Positions 13,130-26,148 are shown, numbered from the stretch's first letter. The stretch: 64,000 nt of DNA from Eledone cirrhosa (GCA_964016885.1 OZ024744.1:57350001-57414000); one strand, 5' to 3'. A program made the numbers and translations. Notes: a model not told the origin generated them from the sequence alone.

Positions 13130-13480
13130 GTGAAGGGGTATGGCTTAGTGGTTAGAATGTTTAGCCTATGAGTTTCAGGTAATGAGTTCCATTCTTGGTG
13201 ATGCATTCTTGTTTTCTTGAGCAAGACACATTTTTTCATGTTGCAACAGCCCATTCAGCAAGAAAAATGAGTTGTATCTCATGAGGTTTTTCGACAACAA
13301 AACTATCTTGACTGGTTCACTTCAATTGACCTGCCTTGTCATATACTGTGTCATGCTGAATTGTCCTGAGAATTATGCTAAGGTGGTTTTGAAATACTCA
13401 GTCATTTACATGTTAATTTTTCCCATATAGGCTGCCCCATTTTTCAAATGAACAAGAACACTTGTTGTTAGAACTGACAG
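13130..13480 (+). mobile_element. tRNA-head SINE (family B), diverged
   Basis: gtgaaggggtatggcttagtggttag head plus cttgagcaagacac...catgttgc core also seen at 53336-53455 and, reversed, at 16850-17080. Confidence 0.65.
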
Positions 13481-13604
13481 ACGTCCAACACATCCAGTTT
13501 ACAGTTTGAAATGATTGAACACACTCTTTTTTTTTCTCTCTCTTTAATAGAAGTCACTTTCTACAAGGCATCAACAAACCAGTAATACAGCAGATCTCAA
13601 CAAG

Positions 13605-16410
13605 GTAGAAAATAACCAACAATACAGCGGATCCCAAAAGCCGGTAACTAGCAATACAACAGGCACCCAACAAAACAGCAAAATACCCACATGGTAGCAA
13701 GTAACTAGCATTGCAGCAGCACCCAATAAAACAGCAAAATACCCACATGGTAGCAAGTAACTAGCAATGCAGCAGCACCCAACAAAACAGCAAAATACCC
13801 ACAAGGTAGCAAGTAACTAGCAATACAGCAGGCACCCAACAAAACAGCAAAATACCCACAAGGTAGCAAGTAACTAGCAATGCAGCAGCACCCAACAAAA
13901 CAGCAAAATACCCACATGATAGCAAGTAACTAGCAATGCAGCAGGCACCCAACAAAACAGCAAAATACCCACATGGTAGCAAGTAACTAGCAATGCAGCA
14001 GCACCCAACAAAACAGCAAAATACCCACATGGTAGCAAGTAACTAGTAATACAGCAGGCACCCAACAAAACAGCAAAATACCCACAAGGTAGCAAGTAAA
14101 TAGCAATGCAGCAGCACCCAACAAAACAGCAAAATACCCACATGGTAGCAAGTAACTAGCAATGCAGCAGGCACCCAACAAAACAGCAAAATACCCACAT
14201 GGTAGCAAGTAACTAGCAATGCAGCAGCACCCAACAAAACAGCAAAATACCCACATGGTAGCAAGTAACTAGTAATACAGCAGGCACCCAACAAAACAGC
14301 AAAATACCCACAAGGTAGCAAGTAACTAGCAATGCAGCAGGCACCCAACAAAACAGCAAAATACCCACATGGTAGCAAGTAACTAGCAATGCAGCAGCAC
14401 CCAACAAAACAGCAAAATACCCACATGGTAGCAAGTAACTAGCAATACAGCAGGCACCCAACAAAACAGCAAAATACCCACATGGTAGCAAGTAACTAGC
14501 AATGCAGCAGCACCCAACAAAACAGCAAAATACCCACATGGTAGCAAGTAACTAGCAATGCAGCAGCACCCAACAAAACAGCAAAATACCCACATGGTAG
14601 CAAGTAACTAGCAATGCAGCAGGCACCCAACAAAACAGCAAAATACCCACATGGTAGCAAGTAACTAGCAATGCAGCAGCACCCAACAAAACAGCAAAAT
14701 ACCCACATGGTAGCAAGTAACTAGCAATACAGCAGGCACCCAACAAAACAGCAAAATACCCACAAGGTAGCAAGTAAATAGCAATGCAGCAGCACCCAAC
14801 AAAACAGCAAAATACCCACATGGTAGCAAGTAACTAGCAATGCAGCAGGCACCCAACAAAACAGCAAAATACCCACATGGTAGCAAGTAACTAGCAATAC
14901 AGCAGGCACCCAACAAAACAGCAAAATACCCACAAGTAGCAAGTAACTAGCAATACAGCAGCACCCAACAAAACAGCAAAATACCCACAAGGTAGCAAGT
15001 AACTACCAATACAGCAGGCACCCAACAAAACAGCAAAATACCCACAAGGTAGCAAGTAACTAGCAATGCAGCAGGCACCCAACAAAACAGCAAAATACCC
15101 ACAAGGTAGCAAGTAACTAGCATTGCAGCAGGCACCCAACAAAACAGCAAAATACCCACATGGTAGCAAGTAACTAGCAATACAGCAGGCACCCAACAAA
15201 ACAGCAAAATATCTACAAGGTAGCAAGTAACTAGCAATACAGCAGGCACCCAACAAAACAGCAAAATATCTACAAGGTAGCAAGTAACTAGCAATACAGC
15301 AGGCACCCAACAAAACAGCAAAATATCTACAAGGTAGCAAGTAACTAGCAATACAGCAGGCACCCAACAAAACAGCAAAATATCTACAAGGTAGCAAGTA
15401 ACTAGCATTGCAGCAGGCACCCAACAAAACAGCAAAATATCTACAAGGTAGCAAGTAACTAGCAATACAGCAGGCACCCAACAAAACAGCAAAATACCCA
15501 CAAGGTAGCAAGTAACTAGCATTGCAGCAGGCACCCAACAAAATAGCAAAATACCCACAAGGTAGCAAGTAACTAGCAATACAGCAGGCACCCAACAAAA
15601 CAGCAAAATACCCACAAGGTAGCAAGTAACTAGCATTGCAGCAGGCACCCAACAAAATAGCAAAATACCCACAAGGTAGCAAGTAACTAGCAATACAGCA
15701 GGCACCCAACAAAACAGCAAAATACCCACAAGGTAGCAAGTAACTAGCATTGCAGCAGGCACCCAACAAAATAGCAAAATACCCACAAGGTAGCAAGTAA
15801 CTACCAATACAGCAGGCACCCAACAAAACAGCAAAATACCCACAAGGTAGCAAGTAACTAGCATTGCAGCAGGCACCCAACAAAATAGCAAAATACCCAC
15901 AAGGTAGCAAGTAACTAGCAATACAGCAGGCACCCAACAAAACAGCAAAATACCCACAAGGTAGCAAGTAACTAGCATTGCAGCAGGCACCCAACAAAAT
16001 AGCAAAATACCCACAAGGTAGCAAGTAACTAGCAATACAGCAGGCACCCAACAAAACAGCAAAATACCCACAAGGTAGCAAGTAACTAGCATTGCAGCAG
16101 GCACCCAACAAAATAGCAAAATACCCACAAGGTAGCAAGTAACTACCAATACAGCAGGCACCCAACAAAACAGCAAAATACCCACAAGGTAGCAAGTAAC
16201 TAGCATTGCAGCAGGCACCCAACAAAATAGCAAAATACCCACAAGGTAGCAAGTAACTACCAATACAGCAGGCACCCAACAAAACAGCAAAATACCCACA
16301 AGGTAGCAAGTAACTAGCAATACAGCAAACCCCAACAAGACAAACAGTAATCAATAAATATAGCAGATTTCAACAAGATTGCCAGTAACTAGTAATACGA
16401 CAGGTCCCAA
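13605..16410. repeat. 56/57-bp minisatellite array, about 47 well-conserved units plus degenerate edges
   Basis: Unit gcaggcacccaacaaaacagcaaaatacccacaaggtagcaagtaactagcaataca; the 56-bp variant lacks one g (gcagcacc). Confidence 0.97.
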
Positions 16411-16473
16411 CAAAATGAGTTGTAGTGCACTGAACACTACATAATAATTTCATTATTATTATTATTAAAATCG

Positions 16474-16656
16474 ATGGATTGGCAGTATCGGTAGAGGGTC
16501 GGATGCCATGCTTTGATGCATAGAATTACGGCCCTTTATCGTCTGAGTTCAAATCCCACCGAGGTTAACTTTGCCTTTCATCCTTACGGGGTCGATAAAA
16601 TAAAGTACCAGTAATGCACTAGGTAATTGCTGGCCTTGTGCCAAAAGTAGAAACAA
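16474..16656 (+). mobile_element. SINE family A
   Basis: ggattggcagtatcggtagagggtcgg...gagttcaaatccc...ccaaaagtagaaacaa(tta)n. Confidence 0.9.
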
Positions 16657-17704
16657 TTATTATTATTTTTAAAAGAACAAGATCCCCTGCCCCCAAGTAA
16701 CTAGCAATACATTATTTAATGTGCATCTTCTACACTAGGACGGATTGACCCTTAGAGAGAAAATCAGGCCAGAGGACTATGTTTAGCTTACCCGGGGCAG
16801 ATTTTGGTTTGGTTTCTACAGCTGGATGGCCTTCCTAACGCCAATCACATTTACACAGATAACATAATTCTCAGGGAGATTCAGCACAATACAGAATGTA
16901 TGACAAGACTGACCATTTGAATAACAGGTACAACTAACTCATGTTGCCATCTGAATGGCCTGGAGCAACATGAAGTAAAGTGTCTTACTTAAGGGCACAG
17001 TGAGGCACCACGAATTGAACTCATGATTTAATGATCATGAGTTGAACATCATAACCATTAAAGCACATGCATTCACACAGCGACTGATTCAAAAGAAAAA
17101 AATATCAATCAGTGACCTCTGATCAGTTACCAGTTACTATTGATTAGTGATCAATAAATGTAAGTCTGTCTATATGGTTATAATTATGGTGGATTAAAGA
17201 AACTTAAAAGATAAGCATGTTGTAAAATACATTTTAAAAAAATCAAAAACAAAACATTAATACTGATGATAATTATGTTGGCGTTAGTGTTGGTGTTGGA
17301 AATGATAAAATTGATGATGGTGGTGGTAGTAATGGTGATGATGGTGGTGGAGGTGGTGGCAATGGTGATGGTGGTGGTGATAGTGGTGGTGGTGGTAGTA
17401 ACAGCATTAGTAGTGGAAGTGATAGTGGTGGTAGAGATGGTGATGGTGGTGGTGGTATTGATTATGTTGGTAGTGCACATGATTATAATGGTGATGATTA
17501 CAAAGCTATTGATGCTGTTGTTGTTGCTGATGTTGATGAAGATGATGATGACATAGAGATTAGTGAAATTAAAGCTCAGCTTTAAGCTAAGATTGACATT
17601 TCTTTACTGTCTGTATGTGCCATCCCAGAGCCCATCATCTGTAAGCAAGGAGGTGTGGAGGTCGGAATGTCATTCAAATAATAATATTACACTTTAAAAT
17701 AAAT

Positions 17705-17890
17705 GTTTCTACTTTTGGCACAAGGCCAGCAATTACCCCAGTGCATTACTGGTACTTTATTTTATCGATCTCGCAAGGATGAAAGGCAAAGTTAACCTCA
17801 GCGGAATTTGAACTCAGAAAGTAAAGGTCCATAACTCTATGCTGCAAAGCATGGAGTCTGACTCTCTACTGATACTGCCAATCCTCCGCC
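17705..17890 (-). mobile_element. SINE family A with 16-bp TSD
   Basis: TSD ttacactttaaaataa at 17687-17702 and 17891-17906. Confidence 0.9.
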
Positions 17891-18499
17891 TTACACTTTA
17901 AAATAATATATCATCATCATCATCATTCAATGTCCACTTTCCCTGCTAGCAAAGGTTGGACAAGTCTTCACAGATCAAGTTAGTACTGAAGCGGAGGTTT
18001 GCATTTCGCTTGCATATGGTCGCACATTCTACCAAATGTATTTTATCATGGCACTAGTACATCTCCTTGACACAACAGAAGGATCCTCCAAATACCTTCT
18101 TTGACAAGCTTTCTATGGCTGGATGCCCTTCCTATCACCAATCACTTTACAACATATAGTGAGTGCATTTATCGTGTAGATCACCAACATTAGAGAGATT
18201 GTTGTGCAATTGGCACCACTGAAGGGTCCTCAACCCTTTTAGGCATGATTTCTACAGTGGGGGTGGGGGACACTTATCACCAACCATAGAACAGAGTGTA
18301 CCAAGTGCATTTTCATAGTACCAATACAAGAGAGGTTGTTCATTATTGTCCTAGCTAAAGAACCCTCTCTGCTTTGTGGGAGGTATGAAGTTATGGATGT
18401 ACAGCAGGTGTGATGTGATTTGACTAGTTGATGTGCGAGGAAGTGGAGACTTTTGATAGTACTGGGGGAGAGGGGGAAGTATTTGTGGTGAGAATACCT

Positions 18500-19530
18500 A
18501 CATGAGCTTCTTCAGTTTTGGAGTCATCCAGAAGTCACATGGGGCTAAGTCTTGACTGTAGGGAGGATGAGGGACAGTCTTGATCCCCCATATCGGCCAA
18601 GTAGTTAGTCACCAGGATGGATTTGTGGCAAGGGGCATTGTCCTGGTGTAGGTGCCACTGACCAGACTTAAAGAGTTCTGTCTCTTGTGACGAATCTCTT
18701 TCTGAAGTACCTCAAAACCTCTACATAGTATTCTTTGTTGACTCTCTGGCTGTGAAGGGACCCAATGGATGTAGATGCCCTTGTTGTTGAAGAATGGGAT
18801 TATCATAAGCTTCCCAGTGAACCTGCTTTGCCTGGCCTTTTTGGGTCTTGGGAAGTCAGAATATTTCCACTGGGCACTCTCTCTCTTTGTCTTTGGATAA
18901 TAACAGTAGACCCAGCTCTCATCACAGGTTACCAGAGACTCAAGTCACTTGGATTTAAAGTGATCCACACAACCATCTCCCTGTTGTCATCAATGCACCT
19001 CTGCCTTTGATTTTCATTGAGCACCCCGAGAACAAACTTTGCACATGTTCAGATCATCATGAATGACTCTAGTCACAGTGTTCTCAGCCACTTCAAATTG
19101 TTTAGCATTTGTCAGAAGAGATGCATGGCGGACCTCATTAAAAAAATTGTCAATTTTGTCAACCAATTTTAGTGTCCTGATGTCCCTCTCCCAGCCACAC
19201 CTCACGCCATCCCTTACATGCTCCCTGCCCTCTTGAAACCTCTTGTGCCAGTGCAAAACAGTTACCCAGCTTATGAAATTTAGTCCGTAAGCAGTTTTGA
19301 CCATTTCATAGATTTCTGCAGCATTTATGCTGAGCTTGACAAAAAACTTTATTGAATATCGAGGCTCCAAGCTATCAAGTCCTGACTGCATTGTGGAACC
19401 AGTCAGCAGTCACAAGATGTGTATGAAGGGTAGTGTTTAAAGTACTGCAGCAACCCAAACCTTCAAGGATGTATTAGAGTCACAGTTAAGTAAATCAGTT
19501 AAAATTGAGTGTACTTTTTGAATGACACTG
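18500..19530 (-). mobile_element. Degenerate mariner (Tc1/mariner) transposon
   Basis: ORF 19014-19391 RYSIKFFVKLSINAAEIYEMVKTAYG...WHKRFQEGRE is a mariner HTH; downstream frames give ITG(N/D)ESW, FFNNKG.IYIHWVP, HQDNAP and PYS.DLAP motifs, with frameshifts. Confidence 0.85.
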
Positions 19531-20402
19531 ACAACATTATCTTCCCAGGTCGCTTACGGACTATTCTTCGAAAACAAAAACTTCGAAGTAAGATATCTTC
19601 ATCAAGCAAAAACTTTGACTCATCAATTTTGAACTTATTTCAGAAAACATATATATATATATATATTTTAAAAAGTAAACAGAGAACAAAAAAAAACAAA
19701 AAACAAAAACAAAAAATGGAAGCGAAGAGGCAGTACAAATGTTATTATTATTAGTTTCATGCTTGAGAGTGGGTGATGGGGGACGACGTTTCGGGCATAA
19801 TCCCGTCATCAGGAGAAAAGTGGGTAGGAAAAGAGTTCCGAGGGGGTGTGGGGGAGTGGTGGAAAGACATTTAAAGAATGATTTTAAAAAGGGGAGGAGA
19901 GAAAAGGGAGGAAAATCTTTTTTTAGAGAGTAAAAAATGTTTTTTTTAATAAAAAGAACTAAGTGGTGAAAGGGTGTGAGGCGTGTAGGAGCGGTGGTGG
20001 GTGTAGGGGGGTCGGAGTGGGGAGGGCTAAAGGCGGTGGTGGGGGTGGGGGGTCCGAGTGGGGAGAGCTGAAGGTGGTGTGTGTGTATGTGTGTAGATGT
20101 ACGTGTCTGCATATTAGCAGATCCACTGATCAGCCAGATTTGCATATCAGCAGACTGGCCAGTTAGTTTTCTGTACACGAGAGATTAATGGCCGGCTTTG
20201 CCATATTCAACTAACTTTTTATTTTGTAAATCATCATAGCCTGTCTGCTGATATGCAAATCTGTCTGATCAATGGATCTGCTAATATGACGATCTGACTG
20301 ATCAGCCAGTCTGCTAATATGCAAATCAGGCCGTTCAGTCACTGTATATTTTAGAAAATATCATATATTTTCACTAGCTCTGATAATTGGCTGGTGAACA
20401 GT

Positions 20403-20452
20403 GAACTGTACTGATGAAGGGTGATACCCACAAACATTAGTGTCTGCAGTTC
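20403..20452 (+). ncRNA. Type I hammerhead ribozyme-like motif with damaged core
   Basis: GAACUGUA-CUGAUGA-A-GGGU gau ACCC-ACAA-ACAU ua GUGU-C-UGCAGUUC; stems I, II and III all pair, but G12 is missing. Confidence 0.55.
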
Positions 20453-20539
20453 TGTTTACATACCAACACAAGATCAAGAATGAGGGGCTTGTTCTACTGA
20501 CATGGCTTTAATAATTGCAAACAAATCGAATATTACCTA

Positions 20540-21340
20540 TCTATATATTAATTTCAACAATGTCAGTATTTCGTGTGTCATAATTCTCGATTATCATTGG
20601 TTCATAGGTTTCAAACGACTCTGTCCACCTCAACGACGCCAAACTTAAATTAATATGCATAATGCCAATGAGGGAGTGAGAGGGGAGAGTGAGAAACAGA
20701 AAGGCAAAGTGAACGCTGTGTTGGATACACTATGTATATGTGTCAGTGTAGAGACATGTTTGTGAGTGTGTGATGTGCGTGGAAATAAGAGGGGAAGGAG
20801 AGCAATAACTATTAACATGTGTGCGTGTGTATGTACGTGCGCGTATGTTTGTGTGTGTGCGTGCGTGCTGCGTTCCACAGAAAGTAAAAACTATCAACAT
20901 GTATGAGTGTGTGCGTGTGTAAGTTTGCGTGCGTGTGCGCGTATCCATGCGTGTATGTGTGTGTACGTGCGGCGTTCCACAATCTCCACGCAGTTTATCT
21001 GTCTGTGTGCCTGTCTGTCAGTCTAACATACACAGAGTTGTGAAGGGAGTAAATAGGGACCTTTTTTTACATTGACAGACATCTTTTATATTTATTATTG
21101 TGTCATTTTTTGACAATTGCTCGAAATGAATACTGATAATAAAAGCAATTCGACTTTATCAAACAGTGAACTACAACGGCGACAGCGTGCAGCCAGGAAT
21201 GAAGAAAAACGGGCCGAACAGCGCCATCGGAGCGCCGAACTTCAGAGACGAAGACATGCCGCCATGAAACACTGGAGCCAAGCAGCGACGGCGTGCTGCG
21301 ATAGTTGAAGACGAACTGGCTGAGCATCATCTTTTATATT
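20540..21340 (+). mobile_element. Probable Helitron-derived segment
   Basis: ORF 21117-21308 (ELQRRQRAARNEEKRAEQRHRSAELQRRR) resembles Arg-rich repeats N-terminal of Helitron Rep; abuts two Helitrons. Confidence 0.35.
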
Positions 21341-21351
21341 AATTATGTATA

Positions 21352-21703
21352 TCTATATATACATATAATATAAAAGATTGGAACTTCCATCATCCTTTTG
21401 AGAAACGTGGAACAACCACGTCTATGCAATGATACACGTTTTACAGTCAGGCAGAAGATGAACCATCTCCTAGAGTCACTATTCTAGGTGGGAGCACCTA
21501 GAATTGTTCATATACTATGCACAAACGGTACAATGAATAATCTGGTATATCTGGAAGATTTTTTTTACTGTTTTTTGTATCACACAGACACCACAGACTC
21601 GCCTCATACTGTAACCAGACAAACATCCAATACAGTCATTTTTTCTTTTACCTGTCTTCTCTTATCATCTGTTTACCCGGCCGAAGCTGGGTACGTCAGC
21701 TAG
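21352..21703 (+). mobile_element. Non-autonomous Helitron
   Basis: 5' A|TCTATATA; 3' hairpin acccggccgaagctgggt followed by CTAG|T. Confidence 0.65.
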
Positions 21704-22291
21704 TATATATAAAACTGAGGATGTCTGTCTGTGTATGTGTGTGAGTTTGAATCCCTAAAACTAGAGAACCACTCAACCGACTGTTTTCAAACTTTACACA
21801 TGTAATACTTATGTTTAAGGGAGTGTTCTGAGCAAAAGAAATCTCAAATTTTCAATGCCCTAGGGACCGCATTAGGTGATTTAGCGATCTCTCTCTATAA
21901 TTCTTAGTTTTCCTCTTTTTAGATAGATACATACATATAACGTCGCGCCCTTATAATATTTGTCTGTATGTCTGACTGTCTGCATTACGTCACTTCCTTC
22001 AATTCGCTCTGCATCCAAAACGCACCCTTATAATATGTCTGTATGTCCTGCTGTCTGCTGCCTCCGGTTATTCAGCCACCCTTGCCCAAGACAAATCTCA
22101 CACTCATTCCCCAAACAGTTGGTAAGTGCACACAACTTCTTCCCCACGTTTTAAGCCACAGTGTTGCTTACTTATGTACCACCAGACCCTTACTCATTTG
22201 CCAACCGTGGTTGTGGCAATACTAAGCTTAGCTAAGACAGTTATATATTTCACAATACCTTATCCCGTGCAACGCCGGGTACCACTGCTAA
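21704..22291 (+). mobile_element. Non-autonomous Helitron, in tandem with the previous one
   Basis: tatatataaaactgaggatgtctgtctgt 5' region; 3' hairpin cccgtgcaacgccggg followed by CTAA (CTRR). Confidence 0.75.
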
Positions 22292-22912
22292 TTATTAATA
22301 TTTGAAAAAATCAGATTACATTTATTGTATTCAGTCATGTAGAGCGATGATTTTGTTTTTTTAATTATTTATTTATATATGTATTATTTTTTTGATCGTC
22401 GGTCAGTCAATGGCAACATTGAGGACCGAATAAATTAGATTACCAATATAAAAGACACAGAAGCGAAAAGCGAAAACCAACCAAACAGTGAGTGTGTTCT
22501 GTTATTAATTCTGGCAATATTACACAAATATGACCCTCCCCAAGTATAACAATATTTATATATGTATATATATGTATTCAAAAAGCAAATTGAAATTTCA
22601 AAGCAAATGATACAATACTTAGATGAAATATATTATTAGTTTTACGCTTGATATAGTAGGAAGACAGTCTTAACGTTTTGGACGCTAGTCCTTCATCAGA
22701 AAATAGGAATAGAAATTAATGAAGAAATAGAAAGATTGGCAGTGGCTGAAACAAAAAAACATTTTAGAGAAAAATAACAATTCTATTCATGTCACTATCT
22801 CTTAGAAAACTGTTGATGCTTCATTTTGTGTATGATACACTTGTTTTAAAAGGTGGAGATTGAGTGTATCTATCTGAAAGGGAAAAAAACATTTTGTGTG
22901 TGTATATATATA

Positions 22913-25900
22913 TCATCATCCTCATCATCATCATTTTACGTCCGCTTTTCCCTGCTTGCAAGCATCCTCTATGCGCATCACATGTCCATACCATCTCAGC
23001 CTTCTCTCCTGCACACTACAACTTATCCCTCTTATACCCAGTTTCTTTCTCAACTCGTCTATGGTTGGTCGTTCACGCACATTGGCATTGCACATCCAAC
23101 GGAGCACACTTGCTTCATTTCTCTCCAGCCGTCGCATATCTTTTGTAGTTGCTGCCCATGTCTCACTACCATGCAGCATCGCGCATCTCACACAGGCATC
23201 ATATAACCATCCTTTCGTACGCAGGGAGAAACCCTTCTTTGTCAACAGAGGAAGCAGCTCCCTAAACTTCTTCCAACCCGTCCTTATTCTAGATATTATG
23301 GCTCGGAACACCCCCTCCCATGCTAATCTGATCACCTAGGTACCGGAAGCTATTAAACACTTCTATAGAACCCACCTGCATTGGAAAAATGTGTCTATCA
23401 CTGCGATTACTACTGCCAACTTTCTATGTACATCTACTGCATACGTAGTTTTCCCTACCTGTTAGTTTGCCTGCTATCCCACTACATCTCTTATGTACCC
23501 AAGATCTGCATTGTGTACATTTTATAGAATTTATGCCAGTTCCTTTCCTATATATCAAACATGGCCATTTCCCCCGATGGAATCAGAGTATTGTCCTCTC
23601 TTCTATTTATCAACACTTTTGTTTTAGCTATGTTCATTCTCAGGCCTCTTGATTCCAACTGCTGTTTCCATAGCCAGAATTTATTCTCTAGGTCCTCTAC
23701 TGATTCTGCTATAAGAACCAGATCATCAGCATAGAGAAATTTCCATGGGCAGCCAGTCTTAAACTCCTCTGTTGTGGCTTGGAGGACTATAATGAACAAG
23801 AGCGGGCTGAGGACCGAACCCTGATGTACACCTACTTGTATCTGGAACTCCTCACTAAACTCCATTCCTATTCTCACTTTACTGACAGCACCCCTGTACA
23901 TAGCTCGCACTGTCCTAACAAGCTATTCCTCTACACCTAGTTTCCTAAGGGACCACCAGATGACAGATTGAGGTTCCTTATCAAAAGCCTTCTCTAGGTC
24001 AACAAAAGCTAAGTATAGTGGCTTATTCTTCTCTAAGAACCTCTCTTGTAGTTGCCTCACTAAGAAGAGGGCATTTGTTGTACTTTTCCGAGGCACAAAA
24101 CCAAACTACACCTCATCTAATTTGACCCTTTCTCTAATCAGTTGCGCTAAAATTCTCTCTGTCACTTTCATAACCAGATCCATCAGCTTTATGCCCCTAT
24201 AATTGCTCCCCTAGAGCACCCCTTTACCTCTGTAGCAATTTATGAGAATACTGATGCACCAGTCTTTGGGTATGACACCACCATATATAGCTTGATTAAT
24301 GATGCGTGCAACTAGTTTAGTGCCTACGTCCCCTGATGCCTTCAGTATCTCAGCAACTATCCCCGACGGTCCAGCAGCCTTACCATTCTTCATTTCCTTA
24401 ATTGCCTCTTGTACCCTATATTCGTCAATCTCAATAGCTGGTCCCTCTGTTGGGTATACTGGGGGTAATTTCTCTCCCATTCGTTCTCCACATTCATCCG
24501 TCTCTCAAAATGACATTTCCAGGCCTCCTTTTTTTGATCATTCGGGACACTAAGTACACCGGCATCATTCCGGACACATTTATCTCCAACAACATCCTGA
24601 TTTGCATTGACACACTGCTTTGCAATGTGGAACACCGCACGTCTCTGATCTTCCCGTTGCAGAACATTGGCAAATCTCCTACTCTCAGCCTCCCTGCATG
24701 TTAAGTACACCTGACGGCTGTGTATCCTTCTCTACTCCCACCATTTTTCCAAGCCTTCCATGCCAGTCTATTGTCTCTAATGGCCCTATCTACCGCGCTG
24801 TTCCACCACCATGTCACTCTCTGTCTGGTTGAAGTTCTGCCCCAACCACAAGTTTCTTCAGAAGCCTGCAGTAAGTTGCCACGCAAGAAATTCCAGTTAT
24901 CATCTATGTCATACAACTCTAAATCGTCTTCTTTTTCGTCGTACGCATCTTGAAGAGCTCTGCTAAATTTATATTTTAATGAAAGGTCTTTTAGCTTCCA
25001 GACCTTTCTTCTCCACACCGTCCTGTATGTCTCATTCTTTCTCTTGCTTACTGAGATGTCACTAACGACTAACCTATCCTGTGGGGTACATTCTTCCTCG
25101 AGGTATGCCTTAGTATTTGACACCGTCTGTCTTGCTGCCTAACTAGTAAGAAGTCAATCTGGCTTATGTGCTCGCCTTATTTGTAGGTTATTAGGTGGTT
25201 GGTAGGCTTCTGGAAGTTAGTGTTGCAAATGATTAGTGCGTTTGCATCACAAAATTCAAGAAGTTTCACTCCTTTTTGATTTCTTGAACCATAACCGTGC
25301 CTACCATGTACCCCAGTGTATCCATCCTGGAGCTGTCCAACATGTCCATTAAAGTCCCCCGCTAGCATAACGATGTCTCCGTCCTCTGTCTCTGAGGCTG
25401 TTTGTAAAAGTTGCTCGTAAAAGCAGTCTTTCTCTTCTTTACCGAGGCCTGCCTGGGGAGCATAGGCAGAGATGATTGTCAGTAGTCTCTTGCCTACAAC
25501 TAATCTAAGCTTAATTATTCTATCACTAACTCTAACTACCTCTATTGTCTTATTGATCCATCTCTCAGCCAGTAATATGCCCACCCCCACCTAACCCTTC
25601 ATCATTACCCACCCAGAAAAGCTTATAACTAAGATGTTTGCCTGAGATTAGTCTTGCAGAGGCACCTCTCCATCGCACCTCTTGCACGCAGCACACATCC
25701 ACATGCCTTCTCTCCAGTATCTCCACTATCTCACCAGATCTACCTGTTAGAGTGCCAACATTAAGTGTGGCAACTCTGAGATGCGACGTCTCGTTCTATT
25801 TCCTGTTGTGCGATTGCCTGACGACAGTCGGGGGGTTCTCACACATGCGCAGCCCTCACATGGTTAGTGTTACTGCTGTTGATGCAGTTGTTTTTGTGCG

Positions 25901-25950
25901 ATTGCTTGATGACGGTCGGGGGTTCTTGCACATGGCCGCACCAGCCACCC
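22913..25950 (-). mobile_element. Near full-length degenerate RTE-clade LINE (APE + RT)
   Basis: Fragments VATLNVGTLTGR, GVGILLAERW, ISAYAPQAG, GDFNGHVG, GKAAGPSG, GVHQGSVLSPLLF, YADDLV, MLHGSETW, RRLRWYGHV; (GAT)n tail; many stops and frameshifts. Confidence 0.92.
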
Positions 25951-26110
25951 CACTACCTTTTATTTTCTGTATCTATTCTTTGTGATCTTGTCTCTATTTT
26001 TGTACTCCTAAAGAAGGGCTAAAGCCTGACTCATTGAACTTTTTTCCCCTTTTCCATATAAGACGTGAAACTAATAAGACTTTTTCTATCTCTGTTTTGT
26101 TGTTTCCTTG

Positions 26111-26148
<38 letters not shown>

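Noticed and set aside
13605-16410. CRISPR array or long Cys-rich protein gene
   Set aside because: Units are contiguous with no unique spacers; all plus frames have a stop per unit; minus-strand ORFs follow from 57 being divisible by 3 and break in the 56-bp zone.
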